Part shown: piece after piece, positions 10,620 to 20,488 of the stretch | How positions within the stretch are numbered: position 1 is the first letter of the stretch | How the letters are laid out: each line of letters begins with the position of its first letter | NCBI GenBank assembly: GCA_943788915.1 | Contig: CALSSD010000013.1 | Span: 124,001-188,000 of the forward strand | DNA from: an uncultured Acidimicrobiales bacterium | Lineage (GTDB): Bacteria > Actinomycetota > Acidimicrobiia > Acidimicrobiales > UBA10347 | Length of the DNA: 64,000 nt | Reading direction: 5' to 3' | Notes under the pieces: generated by a model | Told to the model about the DNA's origin: nothing | The model's input: only the letters and a program-made list of their open reading frames with translations | Databases searched by the model: none | Made by a program: the position numbers and the translations under genes

Positions 10620-11945
10620 ATGGGCAAGCAGACCAGTCCCCCCGTGATCCGGTTGGGGTTACACGAGAACCTGGCCCAGTTCTCGTTACTCGTTGGCGTC
10701 AACGCGCTCGTCGGCGGCATGATCGGCCAAGAACGCACGGTTCTGCCTCTTCTCGCCACCGATGTCTTCGGGCTCACCGCGTTCACCGCCACGCTGACCT
10801 TTATCGCTGCATTCGGCATCGTCAAAGCAGCCACCAACTTCTTCGCGGGCACGTTGTCGGACCGTTACGGCCGCAAACCCGTCCTCATTGCTGGATGGAT
10901 CATCGGCATCCCGGTACCTCTGCTGTTGATGTGGGCACCGACATGGGGATGGGTGATTTTCGCCAACGTGCTCCTCGGCGTCAATCAGGGTCTCACCTGG
11001 TCGACCACCGTCATCATGAAGATTGACCTCGCTGGGCCCGACAAACGTGGTTTGGCCATGGGCCTGAACGAGGCAGCCGGCTACGGCGCAGTCGCCGTTA
11101 CCGCTCTGGCCACTGGCTGGATCGCCAACGAATGGGGTCTACGGCCCGAGCCGTTCTTTCTTGGTCTCGCGTACGCCGGCCTCGGACTCAGCCTTTCTGT
11201 GCTGTTCGTCAAAGAGACCCACCACCACGTGCGCCACGAAGCAGTCAGCCATGCGGCCACCGACGACACGCACCACGCGCTCACCGATCGCGAGATCTTC
11301 ACCCTGACCAGCTTCCGCGACAAATCTCTGTCGGCAGCTTCACAAGCAGGCCTCGTCAACAATCTCAACGACGGTCTTGCATGGGGTCTGTTCCCGATCT
11401 TCTTCGCCGCATCCGGCCTCGCCGTGGGTCGCATCGGCATCCTGGCAGCGATCTACCCCGGTGTCTGGGGACTCGGCCAGCTCTACACCGGAGCGCTCTC
11501 TGATCGGATTGGCCGCAAGCCGTTGATCGTGGCCGGCATGCTCACCCAGGCCGCCGCCATCGCTTGGATGGCGACCATGAACAGCTTCTGGCCTTGGGCC
11601 CTCGGCGCAGCAGTACTCGGCGCCGGCACCGCAATGGTCTACCCGACACTCCTCGCCACAATCGGCGATGTCGCCCACCCCACGTGGCGGGCCCGATCTG
11701 TCGGCATCTACCGGCTGTGGCGAGACGCCGGGTTCGCCGTCGGTGCACTTCTTGCTGGACTCCTGGCCGACCTCATCTCCATCCAAGCAGCCATCTATGC
11801 CGTCGCCGCACTCACGGCCTTGTCCGGAGTTGTCGTCATCACCCGCATGATCGAAACACACCCGATCGCAGAATCACTGATACCTCGCAGTCCATCTCAG
11901 GCTTCGTCGGCGTGCATGCCGGACGGCATGGCGGGTTGGCCCTAG
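10620..11945 (+). CDS. MFS transporter
   Basis: About 12 TM segments; GTLSDRYGRKP and GALSDRIGRKP motif A. Divergent from the ArsR-rhodanese gene. Confidence 0.92.
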   Translation: MGKQTSPPVIRLGLHENLAQFSLLVGVNALVGGMIGQERTVLPLLATDVFGLTAFTATLTFIAAFGIVKAATNFFAGTLSDRYGRKPVLIAGWIIGIPVPLLLMWAPTWGWVIFANVLLGVNQGLTWSTTVIMKIDLAGPDKRGLAMGLNEAAGYGAVAVTALATGWIANEWGLRPEPFFLGLAYAGLGLSLSVLFVKETHHHVRHEAVSHAATDDTHHALTDREIFTLTSFRDKSLSAASQAGLVNNLNDGLAWGLFPIFFAASGLAVGRIGILAAIYPGVWGLGQLYTGALSDRIGRKPLIVAGMLTQAAAIAWMATMNSFWPWALGAAVLGAGTAMVYPTLLATIGDVAHPTWRARSVGIYRLWRDAGFAVGALLAGLLADLISIQAAIYAVAALTALSGVVVITRMIETHPIAESLIPRSPSQASSACMPDGMAGWP

Positions 11946-11954
11946 GATCACCAC

Positions 11955-12337
11955 ATGGCTGGACTTGTCACCGTCTCCGAATTCGATCACCTCGTGCTGG
12001 TCTGCGCCGATGTCGAGCGAACCCTTGCGTGGTACACCGATGTCCTAGGCCTGGCCCCGGTGAGAGTTGAGCAATGGCGACAAGGCGAAGTGCCCTTTCC
12101 ATCGGTGCGTATTAGCGATGCCACCATCATCGATCTCGTGCACGGAGAACCGTCGGATGGGCGTCTCGATCACCTGTGTTTGGTGGTCGAGCCAACCGAC
12201 CTGGCCGAGCTGGCACTGTCGCCGGCGCTCGACGTGATCGAAGGGCCAGCAACTCGTTTCGGAGCGCACGTGGTAACGGCACGTCGTTGTATGTGCGCGA
12301 TCCCGACGGCACCGTTGTCGAGCTACGTCACTACTAA
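11955..12337 (+). CDS. VOC family protein (frameshift near 12268)
   Basis: FDHLVLVCADVERTLAWY, LDHLCLVV; after the shift RGNGTSLYVRDPDGTVVELRHY-TAA. Confidence 0.8.
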
Positions 12338-12396
12338 GTATCGATTGGGGCCCAAGGGCCCTAAGCGCCGGGGATGAAGGCGGGTAGATTCTCGTT

Positions 12397-12720
12397 ACGT
12401 CTGATGCCTTCGCAGAAAAACGATCAATTCTCGAGCAGGAGAAAGCGCTGCTGCTGCGCCGGATCGATGAGCTCACCATTGGTGGCGAGATCGATATGGA
12501 CTACGACGACGACTTCGCTGATCGAGCTCAGGTCGCTGGCGAGGTCGGTGAAAATCTCACGCTTGCCAACGCACTGGGTGTGCAGCTACGCCTCGTCGAG
12601 AAGGCCTTGGTGCGCATGGACGAAGGCACCTATGGCACGTGCGAAGTCTGCACGGAACCAATCGAGGCCGAACGCCTCAACATCCTGCCCATGACAAATC
12701 ACTGCATCGCCCACGCCTGA
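12397..12720 (+). CDS. TraR/DksA family zinc-finger protein (start uncertain)
   Basis: DFADRA (DxxDxA) coiled-coil tip, ALVRMDEGTYGTCEVC...IEAERL..LP...CIAH. The frame stays open upstream to TAG 12385-12387. Confidence 0.8.
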   Translation, partial: TSDAFAEKRSILEQEKALLLRRIDELTIGGEIDMDYDDDFADRAQVAGEVGENLTLANALGVQLRLVEKALVRMDEGTYGTCEVCTEPIEAERLNILPMTNHCIAHA

Positions 12721-12752
12721 AGTGCGGTAGTACCGGCGGCGGCTCAGAGTTC

Positions 12753-12774
12753 CGTTTGCTCTCTCGAGCAAACG
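12753..12774. terminator. Hairpin between convergent genes, probable terminator
   Basis: CGTTTGCTC-TCTC-GAGCAAACG perfect 9-bp stem (GAGA tetraloop on the minus strand). Confidence 0.5.
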
Positions 12775-12780
12775 CGGCTC

Positions 12781-13194
12781 TCACTTCTTGTTGTCGGCCT
12801 TCCAGGTGTCGTAGTCGACGACGGGTAATCCCGCATCCTTCCAGCCGTTGAAGCCGGATTCGATGTGAGAGACACGAGGTAGGCCCATATCTTTGAGTGT
12901 CTTTGCGGACAAACTTGTCCGCCCTCCACCCGCTCAATACAAGACAAATTCGATGTCTTCGGCGAAGACTGGTTTGAAGTACGGCGACGAGGGATCGATC
13001 CAGAATTCGAGCATGCCTCGAGGCGAGTGCATGGCACCGACGATGACCCCATCTCGCTGCAGTTCGCGGATGTCTCGGATATCGACCAGCAGTGCGCCCT
13101 CTTCGTTGGCCCGTCGTTGTGCCTCGGCAGGCGAGTGATTGTCGATCTCTCGGCGTGCCTCTTCGATCATCTGCTCGACAGATTTGATCGCCAT
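12781..13194 (-). CDS. Single-domain rhodanese, putative selenoprotein (Sec TGA at 12934-12936)
   Basis: MAIKSVEQMIEEA...LVDIRDIREL...PRGMLEFWIDPSSPY...FVLY*AGGGRTSLSAKTLKDMGLPRVSHIESGFNGWKDAGLPV. TGA replaces the active-site Cys and the frame continues into the canonical C-terminal motif. RBS AGGGAG. Confidence 0.88.
12905..12922 (-). promoter_or_regulatory. Putative SECIS hairpin of the rhodanese gene
   Basis: mRNA GCGGACA-AGUU-UGUCCGC: 7-bp perfect stem with GU in the loop, starting 11 nt after UGA. Confidence 0.75.
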
Positions 13195-13313
13195 CTCAGT
13201 CTCCCTGTTTCGTCTGCGGGTCGGTCGTGTTCGGATTCTGCCGGATACGTGACGTCGCTCGGTTAGCTGCCGCCCCTGGGGAACAACCGTCCGAGGCGAC
13301 ATCCGTCCGAGGC

Positions 13314-14517
13314 CTAGTCCCGGGGTAGGTAGCCGCCCCGGCCTTGCGGGAGTCGCATGTCCAGGATGCGGCTCGCGACAACCGTTCGCAGGATGCCCGC
13401 CGTGCCGCCGCCGATCGTGAACATACGGACATCGCGGTACATCCGCTCGAGCGGGTTGCGACGGCTGTAACCAGCTGCACCGTGCAGTTGGAGTGCGTCG
13501 CTCACCACTTCGATAGCGGCCTCGGCGGTGAAGATCTTGGCTTGGGCTGCCATCGCCGGATCGGGGAACGGCGAACCATTCGGGCCGTGAGACTCGGCGG
13601 CGCGCCAGGTCAGGCTTCGGGCGGCTTCGAGCTTGACCGACATATCGGCCAGGCTCCACTGCACACCCTGGAACTCGGCGATCGGCCGGTCGAACTGTTC
13701 GCGGGTTTTCACGAAGTCCAGCGCTAGTTCGTACGCGCCCTGAGCGATGCCGAGGCCGACGGTTCCCGCACCGACTCGCTGGGAGTTGTACGCGTTCATC
13801 AGGTCGCCGAAAGCCACGCTTGAAGCCCGATGGCGGCATGACCACCATGTCCGGCCCGACGACCATGTCTTCGAAGAGCACTTCCATCTCAGGAATGGCA
13901 CGCAGTCCCATCGTCGGCTCACGACGCCCGAACGACAGCCCAGGGGTTTCGTCGCGGATTACGAGGAATCCGCCAATGCCTTCTTCGTTGCCTTGCTCGT
14001 CGAACACCCGAGCGAAGATCAGATGCAGACGCGACACGGTGCCGCCGGTGATCCAATGTTTGATCCCGTTGATCACGTACTCGTCGCCCCGACGGTCTGC
14101 TCGGGTCGTCATCATCGATGCCGAGCTGCCAGCGCCAGGTTCGGTGATACAGATGGCTGGTTTGTCGCCGCTGAGCACGAGGTCGGCAGCGAGCTTCTTC
14201 TGGTCGTCGGTGCCATACGCCATGACCGCAGAGATCGCACCCATGTTGCACTCGACAGCGATACGGCCAGTAACACCGCAGACCTTGGCCATTTCTTCGA
14301 CAACAAGCACCGCATCGAGGAACGACAGACCAGGGCCACCGAACTCGGTAGGAACGGTCATGCCAGTGAAGCCAGCGTCACGCAGAGCTTCGACGTTGGC
14401 CCACGGATACTCCTGGGCCTCGTCGACATCGGCTGCCCGGGGTGCAATCACCTCGGTGGCCAACTCTCGAGCCTTGGCCTGGAGCTTCAGTTGATCGTCG
14501 GTTAGTTGCCAGCTCAT
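13314..14517 (-). CDS. Acyl-CoA dehydrogenase family, 3-sulfinopropanoyl-CoA desulfinase-like (frameshift near 13810)
   Basis: EYPWANV, GRIAVECNMGAI, DKPAICITEP, WITGG, DLMNAYNSQRVGAG, RMFTIGGGT. Resembles the Advenella/Variovorax Acd desulfinase signatures (recalled) and lacks the usual C-terminal catalytic Glu (IGGGT rather than IYEGT). Confidence 0.75.
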
Positions 14518-14555
14518 AAGAAGGGTCCTTCAGAGTTCAGGGTCAGGGTTCGGAG

Positions 14556-15803
14556 TCAGGAACGGGGTTTCAGCGTCACGGGGAGATGTTCGATGCCGTT
14601 GACAAAGTTTGACGGCACGAACTGTGGCTCACCTACCTGGAGCTGTAACTTTCTGCGAAGTAGTTCTTCGATCAGGATCGAAACTTCGAGCCGGGCCAGT
14701 GATGCACCCAGGCAGAAGTGTGCGCCTCCCCCGCCAAAGGCGACATGGGCCGGCACTTGCGGACGGTCGGCTCGGAACGCCCGAGGGTCAGGAAACTGGG
14801 TGTCGTCGAAGTTCGCTGCGGCATACCACATGACGATCTTGTCGCCTGGGAGCAGGTCTGTGCCACCAAGCGTGGTCGGTGTCGTCACAGTCCTGCGGAA
14901 GTACAAAATCGGCGACGAGTAGCGAATGACCTCGTCGGTAAGTGACGGCAACAGAGACGGGTCGTGACGTACCCGTTCGAACTCGTCGGCGAACTCGACC
15001 ATGTGCATGGCCAAATGGGCCATCGACGAGCGGGTTGTTTCATTGCCAGCGAAAATCATGAGTCGGAAGAAATTGGCGAACTCTTCATCGGACAACCGCT
15101 CGCCATCGACTTCGGCTTCGATCAATTTAGAGATGAGGTCGTCGGCAGGTTCAGCGCGGCGTAGGTTGCCCAGACGTCTGGCATATTCGCTCATGCCGAA
15201 TGCGGCGGGGCTATTAAACGGCAGCAGTCGCAGCTCAGTGGTATTGCCATACGCATCTGCATCAAGCGGATCGTTGCCGGTGCCAGCCACCAGGTGGTCC
15301 GAGAGTTCCACCATGAAGTCATGGTCCTGCTCTGGGACTCCCATGAGATCACAAATCACGCCGATCGGAATGGGCGCAGCAATCAGCTTGACCCAGTCAC
15401 CTCCGCCGGTGGCCTCGAGTGCATCGAGGCAGTTACTCACGCGCTCACGAATCGCGATCTCATACTGCTGTACATGTCGAGGCGTGAACGCCGAACTGAC
15501 CAACCGCCGCAGCCGAGTGTGCATCGGCGGATCCAAGTCGATCATCGATGCCCGAGCGTCGAGCGCATCCTCGTCGATGTCGTAGATCTGTATATGGCCA
15601 ACCTCAGACGAGTAGGTCGCTGTGTCTCGAGACACCGTGACCAAGTCCTGGTGGCGAGTCACCGACCAGAAGCCGCTGCGGTCCCCTGGCCCTGGTTCGG
15701 TCCAGGTCAGGCCAGACGCAGCCCGCATCTGAGCGAATGCGTCATGTGGGATTCCAGCCGCAAACGTGTCAGCGTTGTGGAGATCGATCGGAGCATGGTT
15801 CAT
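14556..15803 (-). CDS. Cytochrome P450
   Basis: DPPMHTRLR, FAGNETT, EVIRY, FGGGGAHFCLG. Confidence 0.95.
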   Translation of the reverse strand: MNHAPIDLHNADTFAAGIPHDAFAQMRAASGLTWTEPGPGDRSGFWSVTRHQDLVTVSRDTATYSSEVGHIQIYDIDEDALDARASMIDLDPPMHTRLRRLVSSAFTPRHVQQYEIAIRERVSNCLDALEATGGGDWVKLIAAPIPIGVICDLMGVPEQDHDFMVELSDHLVAGTGNDPLDADAYGNTTELRLLPFNSPAAFGMSEYARRLGNLRRAEPADDLISKLIEAEVDGERLSDEEFANFFRLMIFAGNETTRSSMAHLAMHMVEFADEFERVRHDPSLLPSLTDEVIRYSSPILYFRRTVTTPTTLGGTDLLPGDKIVMWYAAANFDDTQFPDPRAFRADRPQVPAHVAFGGGGAHFCLGASLARLEVSILIEELLRRKLQLQVGEPQFVPSNFVNGIEHLPVTLKPRS

Positions 15804-15809
15804 AGCGGC

Positions 15810-16016
15810 TCAGTCCTGGATCGCGACAGAAATCGCACTGGCTGGACAACGATCGATCACTGCTGCCGCACGGTCAGTTGGCAGCAGTGCCTCGCCCACA
15901 ACACCAGCGATATTGGTGTCTTCGTCGATGAGGAACGTCGCCTCTTCGAGCATCTCGCACATGCCGCTGCCGATGCATTTCTCGGCATCAACAACAAGTT
16001 TTACGGACCCTGGCAT
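15810..16016 (-). CDS. Ferredoxin (3Fe-4S type, P450 partner)
   Basis: CIGSGMC...CPASAI; lies between two P450 genes. Confidence 0.9.
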   Translation of the reverse strand: MPGSVKLVVDAEKCIGSGMCEMLEEATFLIDEDTNIAGVVGEALLPTDRAAAVIDRCPASAISVAIQD

Positions 16017-17278
16017 CAGCGCACCGGTTCCATGTCAACAGAGAGAATGCCGTGTACGAAGTTCGACGGGCACCGTTGCACGTCGCCAGTCTGGCGCAGG
16101 CCTAGGCCCCGTTCAGCCATCTGATCGAAGAGCGACGAGATCTCGAGCCGAGCTAGGAATGCCCCCAGGCAGAAGTGTGGTCCACCACCGCCAAACGAGA
16201 ACTGGTTGCCACCGCTTCGGGTGATGTCGAACACAAACGGGTCCGCAAAGACCTCGTCGTCGCGATTCGCCGATGCATACCACATGACGACCTTCTGACC
16301 GGCTCCGATCGCTGTGCCTGCCAGCTCGGTGTCGGTCGTAGCAGTGCGTCGCATGTGCAGCACCGGCGTGGCCCACCGAAGCACTTCGTCGGTTGCGGTA
16401 TCGATCATGGATCGGTCGGCGCGTAGCCGCTGCATCTGGTCAGGATGATCCGCAAACGCAACCGCACCATGGCTGAGCGCGGTGCGGGTGGTTTCGTTTC
16501 CAGCAAAGATGAGCAAGTGGAACAGGTTCCGGAACTCGCTGGCAGACAACTTCTCGCCGTCGGCTTCGGCTTGGACGAGCATGGTGACCATGTCGTCTTG
16601 GGGATCTTGGCGGCGCAAGTCAGCCAACCGAGCCCCGTACTCGAACATGGCGTGACTTGCCGGGCTATTGAACGGCAACAACCGAAGTTCGGTCGTGTTG
16701 CCGAACGCGTTAGCCGGCAGCGATTGTTCGTCGCCCGTGCCTTCGACCAAATAGTTGGATAGCTCAACCAGATAGTCGGCATCCTCGATCGGTACACCCA
16801 GGATTGCCAGAATGACCCGAATGGGAAGCGGTGCTGCTACCAGGTCTACCCAGTCCCCGCCATCGGCGGCTTCGAAGTCATCGAGCACATCACCAACGAC
16901 GGAACGGGTGAGGTCACCCCACCGCCGAATGTTCTTTGGTGTGAAGACGCTACTGATCAGCCGTCGCAACCGAGTGTGATCGGGTGCATCGGTATCGATC
17001 AGAGATCGTCGGGCCTCAAGTGCATCTGCCTCGAGGTCCCAGAGGTTGGTGTGGCCAAGCGCCGACGAGTAGATCTCGGGGTTCTTCGACACCTCCTTAA
17101 CCTCGGCGTGGCGGGTCACCGCCCAGAAACCAGCGCTGTCATCGGTCGGGTCCCCGTACGGATGCCAGGCGATTCCAGGTTGTGCTCGTAGAGCCGCGAA
17201 TCGGTCGTGGGGAATGCCGTCGAGGTACAGATGCGAATCGGTGACGTTTACCGGAGGCTGAGCGGCCACAGTGTTCAT
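16016..17278 (-). CDS. Cytochrome P450
   Basis: DAPDHTRLR, FAGNETT, EVLRW, FGGGGPHFCLG. Confidence 0.95.
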   Translation of the reverse strand: MNTVAAQPPVNVTDSHLYLDGIPHDRFAALRAQPGIAWHPYGDPTDDSAGFWAVTRHAEVKEVSKNPEIYSSALGHTNLWDLEADALEARRSLIDTDAPDHTRLRRLISSVFTPKNIRRWGDLTRSVVGDVLDDFEAADGGDWVDLVAAPLPIRVILAILGVPIEDADYLVELSNYLVEGTGDEQSLPANAFGNTTELRLLPFNSPASHAMFEYGARLADLRRQDPQDDMVTMLVQAEADGEKLSASEFRNLFHLLIFAGNETTRTALSHGAVAFADHPDQMQRLRADRSMIDTATDEVLRWATPVLHMRRTATTDTELAGTAIGAGQKVVMWYASANRDDEVFADPFVFDITRSGGNQFSFGGGGPHFCLGAFLARLEISSLFDQMAERGLGLRQTGDVQRCPSNFVHGILSVDMEPVR

Positions 17279-17279
17279 G

Positions 17280-18614
17280 TCAGCTGAACTCGATGTAACG
17301 AGCGCGTTCCCAGTCGTTCACGTCGCCGGCGACGCCGTGCTCTGCGGCAAGGACGACCTCGGCAGCGGCCATCGACACGTAACTCGCCGAGAACATGTCG
17401 CCAAGCTGCACTGCCAACTCGCTTCCGGAATACGCCTCGATCGACCCCGCCAGGCTGTTCGCCAGAGGTATGCAGTCACCTGGGTTGGTGTACATGTCGC
17501 CCTCGCTCATTGGCCCGGGATCAAGATCATTGGTGATCCCATCGGTTCCGGCGGCAAGCAGACCGGCAATGAAGAGGTACGGGTTCGCATCGGCGCCGCC
17601 GGCGCGGAACTCGACTCGGTTGGCTGGCGAACCAGCTTCGGCGATACATCGGGCCAGCACCGTGCGGTTGTCGAGACCCCAGTGAATGTGAGTCGGCGCA
17701 AACGTATACGGGTCGATGCGCCGGGGGCCATTCGCTGTTGGTGCGCCCAGCAGCCCAAGCGCCGGCGCGTGTTTCAGGAGGCCAGCAAGCCACTTGGCCA
17801 TGGTTTCGTTCGGTCCGCCACTGGAACTCGCGAAGACATTGGCCCCGTCGGACTTCAGGCTGGTGTGAACGTGCATGCCTGAGCCGGATTGATCCATCCA
17901 AGGCTTCGGCATAAACGTGGCCCGCATACCATGTTGCACCGCAACCTGCTTGACGATCGATCGGAACAACACGGTGTCGTCGGCGGTGGTGAGCGCATCG
18001 TTGTACGCGACGTTGATCTCGATCTGGCCCGCCCCGTATTCGGCGTTGGACGATTCGACGTCCATACCAGCTCCAATCAGAGCCGACCGCATGTCGGCAA
18101 ATACGTCTTCGAGTTCGAGGGCATCGGTCAGGGAGCTGTACTGGATGTGGCTCTGCACCGGTGACCAGTCAGCGTTGCAGAGGTAGAACTCAAGTTCGGT
18201 AGCCACGACTGGATCGAGATGCATCGCAGTGCACTTTGCGATCTGTTTTTTCAGGATCGCACGGGGTGACAACGGATGAGGTTCGCCATCGGAATCAAAA
18301 GCATCGGCAAAAACCAGTGCATACCCGGGGCGATGCGTCAGGATCCGGCCAGTGCTGACATCAGCGTGAAGGTGGCAGTCGAGAAAACCACTATCCATAT
18401 TGATGAACTCGTTGTCGGGCAGATCGTTCTGCATATCCATCACAAAGATGGCGTCGGCGATACCGAAGGCCGACGAATGCCCCGATGCAAAGAACCGGTC
18501 GACAGGAACCCTTTTGCCTCGGAGGTGCCCGTAGGTGTCTGGTGTGGCCACCTCGACCGTGTGAACGCCATGTTCCTGGCACAGTGTGTGAAATGCTTCG
18601 AGTGTCAGACCCAT
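17280..18614 (-). CDS. Glutamine synthetase-like gamma-glutamylamide ligase
   Basis: GHLRGKR, ATELEFYL, EYGAGQIEIN, ATFMPKP, GSGMHVHTS, WGLDNRT, RVEFR..GADANPYL. Lacks the GSI-beta adenylylation motif. Confidence 0.88.
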   Translation of the reverse strand: MGLTLEAFHTLCQEHGVHTVEVATPDTYGHLRGKRVPVDRFFASGHSSAFGIADAIFVMDMQNDLPDNEFINMDSGFLDCHLHADVSTGRILTHRPGYALVFADAFDSDGEPHPLSPRAILKKQIAKCTAMHLDPVVATELEFYLCNADWSPVQSHIQYSSLTDALELEDVFADMRSALIGAGMDVESSNAEYGAGQIEINVAYNDALTTADDTVLFRSIVKQVAVQHGMRATFMPKPWMDQSGSGMHVHTSLKSDGANVFASSSGGPNETMAKWLAGLLKHAPALGLLGAPTANGPRRIDPYTFAPTHIHWGLDNRTVLARCIAEAGSPANRVEFRAGGADANPYLFIAGLLAAGTDGITNDLDPGPMSEGDMYTNPGDCIPLANSLAGSIEAYSGSELAVQLGDMFSASYVSMAAAEVVLAAEHGVAGDVNDWERARYIEFS

Positions 18615-18651
18615 CTGGATGACTCCCCCTTATCGGTGGTTGGTACGTCGG

Positions 18652-19624
18652 TCATGTTGTGAGAACGATTCGCCCACGAGTCTGGCCCATGCGCAACCGG
18701 TCGTGTGCAACCTGGGCATCGGCCAGCGGTAAAACGTCGACGGCGCGTAACAGCGTCGGCTCTCGACGAGCCAGGGCGAGCACGTCGTCGAGTTCACTTC
18801 TGCTCCCCCAGATACTCGACATCAGTCGAGCTTCGTGAGGCACAGCGCCGAAACCAAACGGCACCCGGCCCAGTGCGAGACCGACCACAATCACCAGTCC
18901 CTGGCGGGCGACATGATGAACCGCATTGGTCAGTGTGGCTTCGTTTCCAATGAAGTCGAGAACAACGTCGCCCGGCGGTACATCCGCCAGAGCATCGGCG
19001 TGGACCGCATGATGGGCGCCGATCTCCATCGAAGCAGCGAGTTTGTCGTCGGCGATGTCGACCGCCGTGACCTGGGCGTCGGTCAGCAACCGGAGATAAC
19101 TGATGGCGTATTGACCAAGCCCACCTGCTCCGACCACGGTTGCTCGTCCGTGTGAACCGCGTTCGCGAAGAAGCTCAAGGCCGTGTTGCACGGCGCGCCA
19201 CGCGGTCAGACCTCCACATGCAAGTGGCGCCGACGCGATGGGATCCAGACCATCCAGCGGCGCGAGGTAACGCCGATGCTTGACCAACATTCGGTCGGCG
19301 TAACCGCCATCGGTGAACAGGCCGGCCTCGGTGGCGTTGGCGCACATATTTTCCAGGCCGCGATCACATTGCACACACGACCGACAACCCCATGGGGCGT
19401 ACACCATGACGGGTCCAAGTTCGGCGTGCACGCCGGTGACTTCGTGACCGAGCACCATGGGTAACGGGCTGGGAAAGACACCCTCGACTACATGCAGGTC
19501 CGAGTGACAGACGCCGCATGCGGTCACGTCGATGACCTCTGCAGTCACCCTGCGCGACCGGTTCAGGGTGGTCTGTCACCAACCGAAGTGGCGTGTTGGC
19601 CTCGGTGACGAGGACGGCTCGCAT
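18652..19624 (-). CDS. Zinc-binding alcohol dehydrogenase (frameshift near 19545)
   Basis: MRAVLVTEANTPL + ACGVCHSDLH, LGHEVTG, CRSCVQC..C, GAGGLG. Confidence 0.88.
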
Positions 19625-19741
19625 TACGACCAACCTCGACCCAGCAGCTGACTTTTCTCCGGCACAGGTGCCGCCCCTCTATCGTTTAGTCTCTCGAACA
19701 TAGCAAACTAGTTCGGTAGCTAACGAAAGGGGCGACATCAC

Positions 19742-20488
19742 ATGAGCCACTCCGGCAAACGTGCCCTCGTCATCGCCCATGAACCCGATGGACCTGCTGG
19801 TCAAATCGAGGTCCGGCTCGTGCAGCGCGGCTTCGATGTTGACACCCATATCGTGACCCATGACTACGACGAACCAAACGTGGCGTCGCCGTGGCCCGAC
19901 TTCAGCGAGTACGACGTAATCCTGCCGATGGGATCGGTCCGGTCGGTGACCCGCAAAGACGAAATCGATAGCTGGATCTATCGCGAGCTCGAGTTGCTAC
20001 GCGAGGCCCACGAGGCCGGGACCCCCATTCTGGGTGTTTGTTTCGGTGGCCAGCTTTTGGCCGATGCCTTGGGTGGATCGGTCGAGGTTGCGCCAGTAAC
20101 CGAGCTTGGGTGGTTCGAGATCGAAGCAACCCGGGGTGATAACAATCCAGCGGGCCCTGGCCCGTGGAAAGAGTGGCACCATGACCGGTTCACTCCCCCA
20201 CCTGTCGCCCAATTGCTTGCGGTTACCGAACACGCCAGTCAGCTGTTTCGACTCGGACAAACAGTAGGCACCCAGTTCCACCCCGAAGTGGACCAAAATC
20301 ACGTGACCGCGTGGCTCAGTGCCTGCGACGACGACTACCTGAGCGAACACGGCGTCAATCGGGAAACCATCTTGGCCGACATGATCGCGCACGAAGAACG
20401 AAACACGGCCCAGTGCCACGCATTCGTGGATTGGTTCCTCGACCGGGTCGCCTTCCCCACGGGCACAAAAGAAAAGATGACGGTATGA
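19742..20488 (+). CDS. Type 1 glutamine amidotransferase-like hydrolase
   Basis: LGVCFGGQL nucleophile elbow, WHHD, QFHPE. Confidence 0.88.
   Translation: MSHSGKRALVIAHEPDGPAGQIEVRLVQRGFDVDTHIVTHDYDEPNVASPWPDFSEYDVILPMGSVRSVTRKDEIDSWIYRELELLREAHEAGTPILGVCFGGQLLADALGGSVEVAPVTELGWFEIEATRGDNNPAGPGPWKEWHHDRFTPPPVAQLLAVTEHASQLFRLGQTVGTQFHPEVDQNHVTAWLSACDDDYLSEHGVNRETILADMIAHEERNTAQCHAFVDWFLDRVAFPTGTKEKMTV

Noticed and set aside
12934..14517. 527-aa ACAD-rhodanese fusion in the ORF track
   Set aside because: Artefact of the frameshift near 13810. The ACAD ends at 13314 and the rhodanese has its own RBS and ATG at 13194.
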